A DNA stretch of 63,675 nucleotides, the filler included, from Parasitella parasitica NRRL 2501 (Eukaryota; Fungi; Mucoromycota): NCBI GenBank assembly GCA_025201805.1. It is 18 parts of 18 records of this genome, joined end to end, with 100 filler letters (N's around TTAATTAATTAA, not from the genome) between each part and the next. Parts side by side here need not be neighbours in the genome. Positions count along the whole stretch, not along the records: positions 1 to 10,961 come from MU619408.1; positions 11,062 to 13,850 come from MU619346.1; 16 more parts are not named here. The stretch is one strand, 5' to 3'. Under the pieces are notes generated by a model. The model did no database searches. It was not told the DNA's origin and was given only the letters and a program-made list of their open reading frames with translations. Made by a program: the position numbers and the translations under genes. Below are positions 1-13,657 of this stretch, in pieces (position 1 is the first letter of the stretch; each line of letters opens with the position of its first letter).

Positions 1-95
1 AAAAAAAAAAAAAAAAAAAGTAAAAAAAAGTATAAAAAGAAGCAATTCCCTAGACTAGCACCCTCCCCTATCTCTTTTCCATCACACAGCAAAGA

Positions 96-647
96 ATGAA
101 GCTCACGATTGCTATCCTATACTTTTCTTGCTTGATTGCCTTGGTATTTGGCCAAGCAAACACCACCACTCCTGCCCCTCTCAACGCTGGTGTAGCAATC
201 ACAAATCCTGTACTTAATGTAAGTCATCCTCTATTTTAAAATGCATTGCAGCAAGCGATGCTAATTGATTCGATGCTCCAGGCAACTGCATTTGCTGGTT
301 CCAATTACACCATTACCTGGACTATTTTGGATCCTAACGCCACCACTATTGAGACTATCAGTTTGATGGATGGAAATGCTGCTGCTTTGACATTAGTTAT
401 CCACAATATCCTCACTAATGGCTCTATTCCTGTCTCGGACTTGCAATACAACTGGACCATTCCTGCTAATCTCACATCTCGTCAAGACTGTAAGTTGCTG
501 TCAAATTCCCATCAAGGGGTAAAACAACTAACTATTTTTTTATTAGATGTCCTCACTATGCGCGGCAATAACTCGTATGTCACTTATTCTAGCTTCTTTT
601 CCATTATAAACAACAATGCCACTAGCACCAATGCTACTACTCTGTAA
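96..647 (+). CDS. Small secreted Ser/Thr/Asn-rich protein, Kre9/KNH-like N-terminal domain; exons ~96-218, 282-489, 547-647
   Basis: Signal peptide MKLTIAILYFSCLIALVFG; ITNP...GSNYTITW...YNWTIP pattern; two GT..CTAA..AG introns restore the frame. Confidence 0.7.
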
Positions 648-699
648 AGAATTTCATTTAAATTTGTTGTATATATAATAAATCGTGAACATTGCTTAT

Positions 700-1568
700 T
701 TATGATTGCATATCCGGATTCAGATCCAAAATCCAAAATGGATCTCCACCTGCATCCTCAGTCTGTCTATTTGTATTTATTTCTTCCATCTCTTCGTTTG
801 TAGACATATCATCCTCTGAACTCTCGACTATAGTTGTGTATGCAAAAAAAAAAAAAAATTGAGTGAAAGGGCACACATTTTGCAGTATTGTGATCCTTAC
901 ATTTATCCTCCACCCGCTGTTGAGGCGCATTTTGCCAGTATAACAATCCACGACGCATTCTTTCTTCATCTGGGTATGGTTTTTCAAAATCAACCTTGAT
1001 ATCCTTATTAAGACTATCGAAATTGGGCGGCGCAGACGTGTATTTTGATAATTTAGATGCGTAAGATAAAACATCTGTAAATTGGACATTGGCTGTACAA
1101 GAGGTGAAAAGTTAGTTGGCGCTAGTTTTCAAATTGCAATACATGTCGTTTACATTCGTTTGCATACTTGGTAGATTTCAACTCTACTTTGGCTTGTGTT
1201 AACGAGAGGTCCAGCTCTTCACGTACTGCCCCTAATTTTTGTATGATTCCTAGTAAAGTGACATTGTGCTGATGTATTTCATCCTGAACTTGTATGATCT
1301 GTTGCTGTCGGATTTGATGGCTTTCAACTTGGTTGAGTGGATGAATAATCTACTTTATGTAAACATCCGAAAAAAGCTTACTGTGCTCAACTGCTTTTTG
1401 CAGTTTATCATCAACATTGGCCATTTTTTTGATAATTTGGTCTGGGCCATTCACGCTATCGACAATATTGTTCTCTGCCACCAATGAAAGTGCAGTAAAA
1501 TAGTTTTGAACCAGCTCTGAATACTCTGTGATGTGTTCACGTACTTGTTCGCGAAGTGAGGATTCCAT
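700..1568 (-). CDS. MED4: Mediator subunit 4 (multi-exon)
   Basis: Coiled-coil N-terminus MESSLREQVREH...; internal exon VLSYASKLSKYTSAPPNF...PYPDEERMRRGLL typical of Med4; acidic C-tail ending LDLNPDMQS. Confidence 0.8.
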
Positions 1569-2083
1569 TCTTGTTTTGATATTGAGGTAAAGTCTTGCAA
1601 TCAGCCAAAAATTGTTCAAGGGAGTTTGTGGTAGTAGGTCACAAAGTGCGCCCAATGAAACAGAAGAAGCATTACTGTAGTTTCTTTCTACCTTGATAGT
1701 CTTGCTATATTGAGAGTCTGCAAATCTATCAATCGAGTCGATCGCTTGTTTCTATTTAGAGAATGACTTACTATAGCACTTAAAAAGCCATTTGCTTTAG
1801 AATAAAAGTCTAGCTTTTGAATAATTGCTTTAGAGAAAATTTCGTATGTCAGATTCCGTATTTACTAATTATCTAGAAAAAAAAAATACTTGCACAAACT
1901 AGATAGATCTACTTATGTGCACAAGTCTATATATAACATATATTAACGAAATGTCATTTGGTTATAATTCTTTTCATTCAAGTATTGTCAATAGAGAATC
2001 TCTGGTGCGAAATGTGACTATCCCAACACCCTGCTATATTTTGTGTTGGAGTAGTAGTTGCTCCTCTCGTGTTAGATATCATA

Positions 2084-2856
2084 ATGAACATTATAAAATC
2101 CACAAGTTTATCAATAAAGAGTACGTATACGGTTTCTGTTTAACGAAAGGGGCATAAAACACTTTTTCATCAGATTTTTGTCGGCCTTATTCAGCTCATA
2201 ATGCTCGGTGGTTAAGGACACGAGCTTCGCCTGCAGCAGGGACAGCAAAAAGGATTCAGATACCATTTTTTGATGCGGAACGTTTTGCAAGATTACTAGA
2301 AAAAGAAGGATTCTCTGCTGCACAAGCAAATGCAGTGATTCAAGCTTTGGATGACGTTGTTGATGAAAGGTACACGAGAATGGTTGATGGTCAACGATGG
2401 AAATGTCTAATTTATCATGTACACAGCACAGCCAATGTCACGAATGATCTGGTGAGCAAAGCTGAACAGGAGAAAACAATCACTCGTTATAAAGAAGACT
2501 TTAGTAAACTAAAGCGAGAAATACAGCAGATGGAAAGAAGAGATGTCGAAGAAGTCAAATCAGCCAATGAACGACTCAAAGCAGAAATCGAAAAGCTGAA
2601 AAAGACTCTAAGAGAAGAATTGGTGAGGAGCCAAGCAGGTGTTCGCCTTGATTTAAATCTAGACAAAGGACGTATTAGAGACGAGACTATTGAGCAGCAC
2701 AACCGATTACAGCAAACAGATGATAAAATTGAAAATGAAATTCAGGCACTCAAACGACAGATGGAAGGCATTAAGCTGCAGATTTTACAATATATGATAG
2801 GTACCATTACAGGTGCAGGAACGCTTGTTTTAGGATACATCCATTTCTTTACATGA
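2084..2856 (+). CDS. Mitochondrial DUF1640 protein (FMP32/CCDC90/MCUR1-like), 3 exons
   Basis: FFDAERFARLLEKEGFSAAQANAVIQAL; coiled coil; RLDLNLDKGRIRDE; C-terminal TM segment LQYMIGTITGAGTLVLGY. Confidence 0.8.
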
Positions 2857-3250
2857 GGCCTTTCTCACAAGTCACCCTTACATTTAGTTGATAAAAACCT
2901 TGTACTGTTTATACCAAAACCAAAGTACCCAACAACCGTGGGAAATTTGTTGTTGTATTTGTTCTGGTTGCATCGTATCACCTTATATGTGGATCCCTTG
3001 CCATCTGCTGAAAAGCAGAAATAATGCCTAATCAATTTGGTAAATGATACATTGAAGCGTTGAAACAAGTATTCAATTTGCGGATTTGCCACAAATCGAT
3101 CCATTCAAAATTATGGAAATACACACATGCACTAGATAAGAATCGCATTTGATGACTAAAGCAATTTAATCAAGTTCCGTTCGACATATAAACCTTCTGG
3201 TTTCGTGAAGCATTTCTTTTCCATCTTTCTCCCACAACAGATAGTATAAC

Positions 3251-4499
3251 ATGCTTCGATTCATTAGTCCTTCCATCATTAGGCCTTTATCTGCCAACAA
3301 GGCCACTACTGTCAGGGCCTTCTCCACTGCCTTTGTGTCTAGACGTGCGTGAATAGATATGATATGTCCAGAAATGATTTATTAACGCGTTTATTGACAG
3401 AGGCTGTTGCTGGAACTGCTGATGAAAAGTCATACACTCACATCATTGCTGAGACAAAGGGTAAAGTTGGTTTAATTACTTTAAATCGCCCTAAGGCTTT
3501 GAATGCTTTATGCAGTGATTTGTTTACTGAGGTTAATCATGCACTTCGCTCTTACGATTCTAATGAAAATATTGGTGCTGTTGTTATTACTGGCTCAAAA
3601 AAGGCATTTGCTGGTAAGTCAATGTATAAAATGTGGGGTATTCCATTTTTATCAACTCCTACCATTTGCAAATAAGCCGGCGCTGATATCAAGGAAATGA
3701 AGGATAACACCTTTGTTGACACATATACCAAGAATTTCTTGGGTCACTGGGCCGAGATGATTGAAATTAAGAAACCTATTATTGCTGCTGTAAATGGTTA
3801 TGCTGTAAGTTGTTGTTTTATTGAGAAACTGCTTAATTTTAAATGGTCGGTAATAGCTTGGTGGTGGTTGCGAGCTAGCCATGATGTGTGATGTAAGTCT
3901 TTTTTTTTTTTTTTTGGCCGAGAACTTCAATTTATTAACATGTAATCTTTCATTAGATTATCTATGCTGGTGATAAGGCCGTATTTGGTCAACCCGAGAT
4001 TAAGTTGGGTATTATTCCCGGCGCTGGTGGTACTCAACGTCTTGTCAAGGCTGTTGGTAAGTCCAAGGCTATGGAAATGGTCTTGACTGGTAATGTCAAC
4101 TTGAATGCTACCGAGGCTTTGAGTTTGGGTCTCGTCAGTAAAGTTCTCCCTGCTGATGATTTGGTCGAGGAGGCTCTCAAGACTGCTGGCACTATTGCGG
4201 AAATGAGTCAGCCTTCTGTTCAAATGGCTAAGGAATGCATCAACAAATGTATGTGAACCACATTTTCATTTTTATTAATTTGCTAATGCAAACTTTCGTA
4301 GCTTTCGAGGTTCCCCTTAGCGCTGGTTTGCGTTGGGAACGTGTTTTCTTCCAATCTCTTTTCGGAACTGTGAGTTTTTTCTAAGTGCATCAGTTAGAAC
4401 AAGGTACTAATTTTTCCCCCCCCCCCTTTTCAGGCCGATCAAAAGGAGGGTATGAATGCATTTGCTGAAAAGAGATCTGCTACCTTTTCAAACAAATAA
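3251..4499 (+). CDS. Mitochondrial short-chain enoyl-CoA hydratase (ECHS1-like), many short introns
   Basis: [66 protein letters not shown] across GT-AG introns. Confidence 0.92.
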
Positions 4500-5015
4500 G
4501 AACATTTAATGCTTATTGAATAAAAACTTGTATCTTGACTTTCCATGTGAAATTTGCTTTGCATGTTCTGAATTGTACGTGACACCATCCCATCATAAAG
4601 AAAGTTTCATAAAAAAATAACACTCTTGTACAGCGGACTATGGCTCGTTTTTGACATGTACCCAGGATGATTGTTGGCCAACGCGTTCAGTATTCTCAGT
4701 AGCATTGCTAAGAATATTATCATATGTAGCATGCCGCAATATTAACAATATGATCTCGTATTTAACGGTTTAATGTTACTTGGAGTTGTCATTATCTAAC
4801 CTGGTTAAAAAGATTATGTGTTAAAAATGAGTGTTTTCTTGAATCGAAGCTTCTTTATTTATGTGTCCAACATTTACATCATTTGGTATTGACTCGTTTG
4901 TAAACAAAATAAATGATTAGGTACATGTCCCTCAAAAACCTATTTATTTATAGCAAAGAGATGGATGCTGTCAACGTACAGAAAGCTTCTTATGAGATCT
5001 GGTGTAGCTGAGTTG

Positions 5016-5450
5016 TCAAATGAGTTTTGATATCCTATTAACCAAAAGCTCGCTTTTGTCATTTATTTCAAAGGGAGAAACTTGAATTTGAGATGGGTCA
5101 AAATGACGAAGGTTTACAATAGAGGCGAGAACAGCTAATTTACTGAAATAATACCCTAAAGTGTTTAGTTGATCAATTGAATCAGATATCCCTGAATCAT
5201 ATTTTTTAGGGCGTCCTGGCTTTCTTTTTATTTTTGATTGATTCCTTTTGGGTCTTCCTCTTTCTCGTTTCTGCAAAAGAACCTTATTCGATGAAATTTG
5301 GCCAGCATTTTCCTTTCGGGGCTCCCCTGATATCGATGAGCATTGGCTTCCGCCATCTCCTATAATTGAGGAATTAGCTGTCAGTGATAAACTACCTGCA
5401 ATTGATGAATCGTCTATAAATGATGTCCCATCATCTGCAGTGCTGTCCAA
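5016..5450 (-). CDS. Hypothetical or partial ORF with two AT-hook-like motifs
   Basis: RGRPKR and KPGRPKK; gene boundaries unclear. Confidence 0.3.
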   Translation of the reverse strand: MDSTADDGTSFIDDSSIAGSLSLTANSSIIGDGGSQCSSISGEPRKENAGQISSNKVLLQKRERGRPKRNQSKIKRKPGRPKKYDSGISDSIDQLNTLGYYFSKLAVLASIVNLRHFDPSQIQVSPFEINDKSELLVNRISKLI

Positions 5451-6049
5451 ATAGATTGTACGCTAATAGTTCTTGATTTTTATAGAGTAAATACCTATTA
5501 GAAAGAGTGCTAATCATTCTTTGTATATCGCAAGTCCAGAATTTATATAGAATAATCGCTTTTCATTTTTTGGGAGTCTTTCATTCTATGATTAGCACGA
5601 GCTTTGCTTTTGTCTCTCTTGCTTCTCATGCTTTTCTTGCTTCCAGGCTGCAATGAAGCATGACAATTTGATACCGGCAAATCTCTTATTGCTTTAAAGT
5701 ATTTGTAATTTGATTAGCATCTTTATCTCTCATCAATTGAATGATGGCCTCTCTTATGTAGAGGTAGTAAAGAAAATTTTGATGCCGCATTATAAATGAA
5801 TAGCATATCCATCATTAATGCTTTGCTGCCCTCAAATTCAAACAATAAGCAGCATCAATGCCTATTTATTGAATGTGTACACGCTTTTAAGAAACTGTAT
5901 GTGTATAATCATCGCTGTCTATAAATAAACTAAATCAACATTTGAGTCGTTCTGAACACAATAGAGGATGCATTATTGTCAACGTTTTCTTCATCTTGCT
6001 ATTGTTATGAATAGGTGGCACGACAAGAAAAGCTAATGAAGGAATTCTT

Positions 6050-6320
6050 TGTGATGTGTCAATTTCCCAACCGGAAGTCAAACTCAAGTAAACTCAATCC
6101 TGAACACAATTCAGGAACATATCCCAATGGATCATGTTCCTTATTTATAACTTAACATGACATGTTCATGGGCAATAGATACAATCTATCGTTCCACTCT
6201 CTAAATCACACCATGTCTCACACTTGCATCTTATCCTCCCATCAGTCCATTTAGATTCACTAGTATATAAACCATCATTTTTTCCATGTAATAAACGAGA
6301 TCTTTACCTGATTAATTCAC
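6050..6320. repeat. Solo-LTR-like repeat; partial second copy at 56223-56319
   Basis: TGTGA...TCACA ends, internal TATATAAA and AATAAA, ~97 bp identical to the 56.2 kb copy; no TSD found. Confidence 0.5.
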
Positions 6321-7383
6321 AACCGTTTTATTTGAATAATTTCTCATTCTGATAAATCACTTTGCTCAGTATTTATCTGATATGAATGGCGATATTTGTA
6401 AGGTAAAAATGTCACGTAACTTATGATCATCTGCTGAACAGGTTTCTATAGACGAAATGTGAATTATCAGGAAAGAAGAGAGGCATGATTCGATCGTTAT
6501 AAAAGAGACATTTGCTAAAAGACGCAAAAGTAACAAATTGGTTGAAAGAAGAAGGGTTTGAGTACCTATTCAATGAAAAGGTACCAAAATTTTACTGGGT
6601 GAATTCTGACCTGCCGTGGGTCAACATACTGGACAACAGCTGTCCCTTTGATCCCATCTGATCTCCTTCGTTCCTGAGGAAGAATCGGATGAAGAGCTTC
6701 CATCATTTTCGCAAATGAGTCTTCAGATACTGGCCCCTCCCCCTTACCACCCGTTCCGCATTTGTTGATTTTTTTTTTTTTTTTTTTTTTGCGGAAAACC
6801 ATTAATATACCGTATTACATACCAAGTTTATTACATGTTCTATTGTACATTAATAGCTTACTCCTTGTCATTGTATACAAAGAATTACCAATCTAATAAT
6901 TGCTTAATCTCATGCCTTTCTGGCACAACATTATTGACCAATAAACCTGATAGAAAGGTTGAAAATAGATGTTGATGAAGATAGAAATTGACAATTACAA
7001 CATTAACTGGTTTATTGTAGATATGAAAGATTTATGGACTTGTTTATAGGTAAGATCTTTATGAATATACTTTTAGGTAACTGAAATGCTTATTAAAGTT
7101 GTACAATCAAACGGATAAACCAATTTACAAATTCTGTTCTATGACAAGCTCTTGTACAATTGTACTATAAGTACAAGCTCTCTTAAAGAGCATGTATCCT
7201 TCCTTACAGTTTCTTTTAATCGAAAATAAAGGTGGAAAGACTATAGTTGTATTTCTCTGGCTTTGTTTTTTATTTTATTTATTTTTTTTCACATAAAATT
7301 GATTCCAATTTTATTGCAATCAGAATAAGAAATTATTCAAATAAACGGTTGTCTGGGGGGATAAGGTGTAAGAAGTGTGATGC

Positions 7384-7888
7384 TGCTGAGATCTGAAAGA
7401 TCGAAATAAGAAAAGTATTAAATAAAACGTTGAATTAACGAGATACGAAAGCTTGAGATTATCTTATTAAAAATTCTACTTTGCATCTGCTATTTATACT
7501 TTTTACAACAACATAAATTTTTGGTGACTTATTTAAAATACTAGTCGATACTAATCGATAAAAATAATTTGCAAGCAATATCATATCCTTAACAGGGTAC
7601 GATGTATTATTATACTACAAGGTTATTGATCTTTGATTTTTTTTTAGGGAAATAATTGTTTATTAATTATTTCATTATTTTACGTCCTGCAACTGTTATT
7701 GATCTTTGATCTGACAGTACCTTATTGTTTGTCAATCATACAGATCTGTGTTACAGATAACCTTCCTGATTTGAAACGAAGACTTTATTCTCCTGTTTCG
7801 ACTAGTATAACAACACATCATTGGAAAATCTCCAATCTTTAATTGAAGTACACTATCATGATCTCCTAACCTACATTATGGCAGATCA
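7384..7888. mobile_element. Solo LTR family A1, with a short internal duplication
   Basis: Near-identical to 12117-12554; TG...CA ends. Confidence 0.8.
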
Positions 7889-10800
7889 AGTTTAAAGCAT
7901 TGTCAATTGGATGAACACCAGGAGCAGTAGACGGTAGCGCATCAAATAGCTGAGGATTCAGAGCCATTACAGTACCGAAGNNNNNNNNNNNNNNNNNNNN
8001 NNNNNNNNNNNNNNNNNNNNNNNNNNNNNNNNNNNNNNNNNNNNNNNNNNNNNNNNNNNNNNNNNNNNNNNNNNNNNNNNNNNNNNNNNNNNNNNNNNNN
8101 NNNNNNNNNNNNNNNNNNNNNNNNNNNNNNNNNNNNNNNNNNNNNNNNNNNNNNNNNNNNNNNNNNNNNNNNNNNNNNNNNNNNNNNNNNNNNNNNNNNN
8201 NNNNNNNNNNNNNNNNNNNNNNNNNNNNNNNNNNNNNNNNNNNNNNNNNNNNNNNNNNNNNNNNNNNNNNNNNNNNNNNNNNNNNNNNNNNNNNNNNNNN
8301 NNNNNNNNNNNNNNNNNNNNNNNNNNNNNNNNNNNNNNNNNNNNNNNNNNNNNNNNNNNNNNNNNNNNNNNNNNNNNNNNNNNNNNNNNNNNNNNNNNNN
8401 NNNNNNNNNNNNNNNNNNNNNNNNNNNNNNNNNNNNNNNNNNNNNNNNNNNNNNNNNNNNNNNNNNNNNNNNNNNNNNNNNNNNNNNNNNNNNNNNNNNN
8501 NNNNNNNNNNNNNNNNNNNNNNNNNNNNNNNNNNNNNNNNNNNNNNNNNNNNNNNNNNNNNNNNNNNNNNNNNNNNNNNNNNNNNNNNNNNNNNNNNNNN
8601 NNNNNNNNNNNNNNNNNNNNNNNNNNNNNNNNNNNNNNNNNNNNNNNNNNNNNNNNNNNNNNNNNNNNNNNNNNNNNNNNNNNNNNNNNNNNNNNNNNNN
8701 NNNNNNNNNNNNNNNNNNNNNNNNNNNNNNNNNNNNNNNNNNNNNNNNNNNNNNNNNNNNNNNNNNNNNNNNNNNNNNNNNNNNNNNNNNNNNNNNNNNN
8801 NNNNNNNNNNNNNNNNNNNNNNNNNNNNNNNNNNNNNNNNNNNNNNNNNNNNNNNNNNNNNNNNNNNNNNNNNNNAAATGTGGACTGAGCACTGAGCCTT
8901 GCAATACACCAGTGGTAGGAGAGAAAGCAGAAGAAGTGTGATTTGCAATAAGGACAGAGACAGAAACCTCATCAAACAGGTTGATTAAGAGCCGGAGAAT
9001 AGCACGAGGTAATGAAGAGTCAGCTAAAGCCTTCCAAATCACACGCCGGTCCACAGTATCATACGCAGCCTTGATATCCAAAAAAGCAACAACAGGATGA
9101 CGCCGGTGAGCCAAGTAATAGTCATGCATCAAGTCATGCAAGCAGAGGGCTTGATCCAGAGGACTACGTTGAGGCCGAAAACCACCTTGAGCAACATCGA
9201 GTGCCGGAGAGTGCAGATCCAGTTCAGGCATCAGACAAAACTCAAACAGTTTGCGCATTACCGAAGTAAGTGAGATAGGCCTAAAGTTACTCGGATCAGA
9301 TGCATCACCCTTCTTGTAAATTGGGAAAACTTGAGCTTGACGCCACAACACTGGAGTATACGACCACTGATAACACAGAGTAAACAGCAAAGACAATACT
9401 GGAGCAACTTCATGTGATAAAGACTTCAACATTTCAGACTTGATGTGATCAGGACCAGGTGCTTTATGTGTCGGCAGGCGTTTAATGTATGATACAAGAG
9501 TATCCACATCAAACAAGGACAATTCCAAAGTGACAGAGAAAGGCGTATCAGGAACACAAGAAAGTGGAGCAGCAGGACGATCAGCGGCACATAGCAAAGA
9601 GCCATTGTAGACAGTCGCAAGATGAGAACCCATAGAGGCAACAGAGGCAGCAGGACCATCAGGATGGCTGTACGTAGCAGAAGATTTCTTATTGCGCTTG
9701 ATGCGTTTGATAGCAGCAGTAGCCTTCGAAAAGTCGCGTTCCAATGCTTCACAAAACTGTTTCCACGACTTGCGTTTGGCAGCTTGTATTAGGCGTCTGA
9801 AATTCCTCTGAGCTGATTGATAAAAGGCCCAAGCTTCAACTTTTGCATAGCCAATAGAGGCGTGCCTCCATTGACTATACAAGTGGTCGCGATCGATAGC
9901 AGCATCTTGAATTTCACAAGTCCAGTACTTTTTCCAATGTCCAGGACGGCCAGTTTTCACACCAATATGACTATCCAAAGATTCATACAAACATTGATTC
10001 AAAGAATCGTTGAGTGCATCAATATCCAGACAAACACCAGGAGGAGCAGACACCAAATCAGACAGAGTACCAACCAAAGGAGCAATAGAAGATCGAAAGG
10101 AGTCACGGAGGAGGCCCAAAGGCTTCTCTTTCTTCAATTTCGAGAGCTTCCACTGCCGCCGAGGAGCCAGACCAGTATCACCAGAAGCCACAGGATCAAC
10201 GGAAGTGATCTGCCATAATGTAGGTTAGGAGATCATGATAGTGTACTTCAATTAAAGATTGGAGGTTGTCCAATGATGTGTTGTTATACTGGTCGAAACA
10301 GGAGAATAAGTCTTTGTTTCAAATCAGGAAGGTTATCTGCAACACAGATCTGTATGATTGACAAACAATTAGGTACTGTCAGATCAAAGATCAATAACCT
10401 TGTAGTATAATAATATATATCGTACCCTGTTAAGGATATGATGTTGCTTGCAAATTATTCTTATCGATTAGTATCGACTAGTATTTTAAATAAGTCACCA
10501 AAAATTTATGTTGTTGTAAAAAGTATAAATAGCAGATGCAAAGTTAAATCTTTAATAAAGTAATCTCAAGTTTTCGTATCTCGTTAATTCAACGTTTTAT
10601 ATTATACTTTTCTTATTTCGATCTTGCAGATCTCAACATTTAGAACATTACCACGGGGTGTTGCCACAGCATCACCAGTCAGAGAGCCCATCCGAGCATT
10701 AAAATCGCCGCATAGTATAGTATCCCTAGTCAGAGGTAGTGAGCAAAGGGCCGAGAGCACCCTATCAGTTGATAGGGGTGGAGGAAAGTGTACACAGTGG

Positions 10801-10961
10801 ACCGTCAGGGCGCCAACCTTCAGGGACAAAGTGTGCGGATTATAAGATGGGAGTTGAGAAACAGGGAAAGGACAGGAAGGAGAGACAAAAGCAGAAACAC
10901 CACCAGAGCCGCGACCAAAAGCACCCGATACTTTCGTACCATATAAGTGGAATTGAGACCA
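7889..10961 (-). mobile_element. LINE (non-LTR) ORF2 fragment: APE endonuclease piece 10639-10961 and RT 7889-10205, interrupted by an LTR and a gap
   Basis: ILCGDFNAR (endonuclease); KAPGPD, FRPISL, AQGGFR, FLDIKAAYD, GVLQGSVLSP (RT). Confidence 0.92.
10206..10638. mobile_element. Solo LTR family A1, inverted relative to the 7384 copy
   Basis: Reverse complement of 12117-12554; TATAAATA then AATAAA in this orientation. Confidence 0.85.
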
Positions 10962-11071
10962 NNNNNNNNNNNNNNNNNNNNNNNNNNNNNNNNNNNNNNN
11001 NNNNNTTAATTAATTAANNNNNNNNNNNNNNNNNNNNNNNNNNNNNNNNNNNNNNNNNNNNTCCACAAAAT

Positions 11072-11445
11072 CTTTTCTGCTTTTAATTACTTGTGGGGAA
11101 TTTCTGAGTTTTCTTCCACAGGTTTTGTTTTCTTGAGCGTGAAACCAACTTTTTGAAGAATATGCTTGTGAATTTGCTGAGTGGATAATCCTTCGTCAGC
11201 AAGGTTAGGAAAATTCTTGAAGAGCTCGTCTCTGATAATACCCAACGTAAGCTGAGGGTCATTGTCCAGCAGGTGGATAATGTACTTGGTGTGCTCTTCG
11301 GTGAGTTTTACGAGCGATTGAACTCCTCCTCCTCGCGACTTGTCTTTTACAGTTCCTCTTTCCATATATCGATCGACGATATGATTAACTGTAGACCAAG
11401 ACAAATTGAAGAGTTTTGCAATTTTAGCAATCGAAAAGTCTTCAT
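11072..11445 (-). mobile_element. IS630/Tc1-mariner transposase N-terminal HTH fragment
   Basis: SIAKIAKLFNLSWSTVNHIVDRYMERG...KLTEEH...DNDPQLTL...VGFTLKK. Confidence 0.75.
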
Positions 11446-12116
11446 NNNNNNNNNNNNNNNNNNNNNNNNNNNNNNNNNNNNNNNNNNNNNNNNNNNNNNN
11501 NNNNNNNNNNNNNNNNNNNNNNNNNNNNNNNNNNNNNNNNNNNNNNNNNNNNNNNNNNNNNNNNNNNNNNNNNNNNNNNNNNNNNNNNNNNNNNNNNNNN
11601 NNNNNNNNNNNNNNNNNNNNNNNNNNNNNNNNNNNNNNNNNNNNNNNNNNNNNNNNNNNNNNNNNNNNNNNNNNNNNNNNNNNNNNNNNNNNNNNNNNNN
11701 NNNNNNNNNNNNNNNNNNNNNNNNNNNNNNNNNNNNNNNNNNNNNNNNNNNNNNNNNNNNNNNNNNNNNNNNNNNNNNNNNNNNNNNNNNNNNNNNNNNN
11801 NNNNNNNNNNNNNNNNNNNNNNNNNNNNNNNNNNNNNNNNNNNNNNNNNNNNNNNNNNNNNNNNNNNNNNNNNNNNNNNAATAGCGGTAGTACGTATCGT
11901 AAATGAGGAAAGAAAAAATGCAGGCGACTATTACCGGTACTTGGCAACAAACTCTTTATTTATGCTGTACTTTACTAATCAATTAGCAACGTTTTACATC
12001 ACCATCATCATTTTTAGTTTCGACTTTCTTCTTTTTCAAAGGTGACTTTCACCAAAAACTTTTGATTTTCATCTTTTTGAATACAAATGAGCAAAAAAAA
12101 ACTGCAATTAGCTAAG

Positions 12117-12554
12117 TGTTGAGATCTGCAAGATCGAAATAAGAAAAGTATAATATAAAACGTTGAATTAACGAGATACGAAAACTTGAGACTACTTTAA
12201 TAAAGATTCAACTTTGCATCTGCTATTTATACTTTTTACAACAACATAAATTTTTGGTGACTTATTTAAAATACTAGTCGATACTAATCGATAAGAATAA
12301 TTTGCAAGCAACATCATATCCTTAATAGGGTACGATGTATTATTATTATACTACAAGGCTATTGATCTTTGATCTGACAGTACCTTATTGTTTGTCAATA
12401 ATACAGATCTGTGTTACTACAGATAACCTTCCTGATTTGAAACAAAGACTTTATTCTCCTGTTTCGACCAGTATAACAACACATCATTGGACAATCTCCA
12501 ATCTTTAATTGAAGTACACTATCATGATCTCCTAACCTACATTATGGCAGATCA
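12117..12554. mobile_element. Solo LTR family A1 with perfect 5-bp TSD
   Basis: CTAAG-[TGTTGAG...CAGATCA]-CTAAG. Confidence 0.9.
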
Positions 12555-13175
12555 CTAAGCCTGTATCTGAATTTGCCAAAGACATTTGTTGAATTTGGCA
12601 AAAACGTTAGATCAAAATGGCAAATGTGGACTACCGTACATGAGAATAAATTGACAATGACATGACGACGACATAGGTACGGTACCGTACTGTAGGTTTG
12701 GTACGGTAGGTAGGTACGGTACCAGTAACATGAAACGTTAACTAGGATGGCAATCATTGCATCATTTGTATCGTATGGTACCACATTACATGGCTTACAT
12801 TCTGCTTAATTATAACCTTTCTATTCTCTTTTACATACCGTATTACCGTATTTTATATTTCACATTTCTCAATCACACTTGATCTAAAAATATGCCTCGT
12901 ACTTCATCAATCAAAGACAGAAGAGCCGAAAAAAAATTGTACAAAGATATTCCAACCGTCATCAGACAACTCGTCATCGAGCATGTGAAATACATTCACC
13001 ATGATGATCTGCATTCCACTTCTAGATTCATCCAGTTACCTTAAATTGATATAAACTACATATGCGCACAGATAATAAGATGTGCAATACAGATTTATAC
13101 TATATAAGATATAAGCTAGATATGGCACCATTAGGATGGATGACGCTATAGACTGATACTTATATCTCGACACGA

Positions 13176-13657
13176 TGTTGTGCCAGGTCTTGAAATTGAG
13201 CACAGCAGGTGATTGTATGTGATATAAAGAATATAAGAAGGTAATAAAGGCTTAATTTACCAGATACAAAACTATCGATTTATTGATTGACAAGAAGCTG
13301 TCTATTTATATTAGAATAAATCTATCTAAATCAATCTATAAAATACAATTAGGTCATGTTTGACATTTAATTGTCAAACAAGATTATAACACAGTAGTAT
13401 AGTCAGAGCAAGACCTATTTCTATATTTAATCAGCTAATCGTTATGAATGTGAATCATTCATTGATAAGTTGAGCTTCGCAATTTAGAATAAGTAGAACC
13501 CAAATAGATGGTTTCTTATACAAGACATTCTATTGAATACTTCTATTTACTAGATAATAGAATAATCGATGCCATTTAACCTTAGATCCGATTAGGAACG
13601 GTTGCCATGACAACTGAGTTGAAATAGTGGTAACCATGGTATTCTATGGATACAACA
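13176..13657. mobile_element. Solo LTR family B with 5-bp TSD
   Basis: CACGA-[TGTTGTG...TACAACA]-CACGA; relatives at 31762, 32272, 32530 and 36229. Confidence 0.9.

Noticed and set aside
10962-11061. Recurrent N-TTAATTAATTAA-N motif
   Set aside because: Artificial 100-nt contig spacer with stops in all frames; not biological, and it breaks synteny
12117-12554. Family A repeat as a SINE, MITE or ncRNA
   Set aside because: TG..CA ends, 5-bp TSDs and TATA/polyA signals fit a solo LTR better
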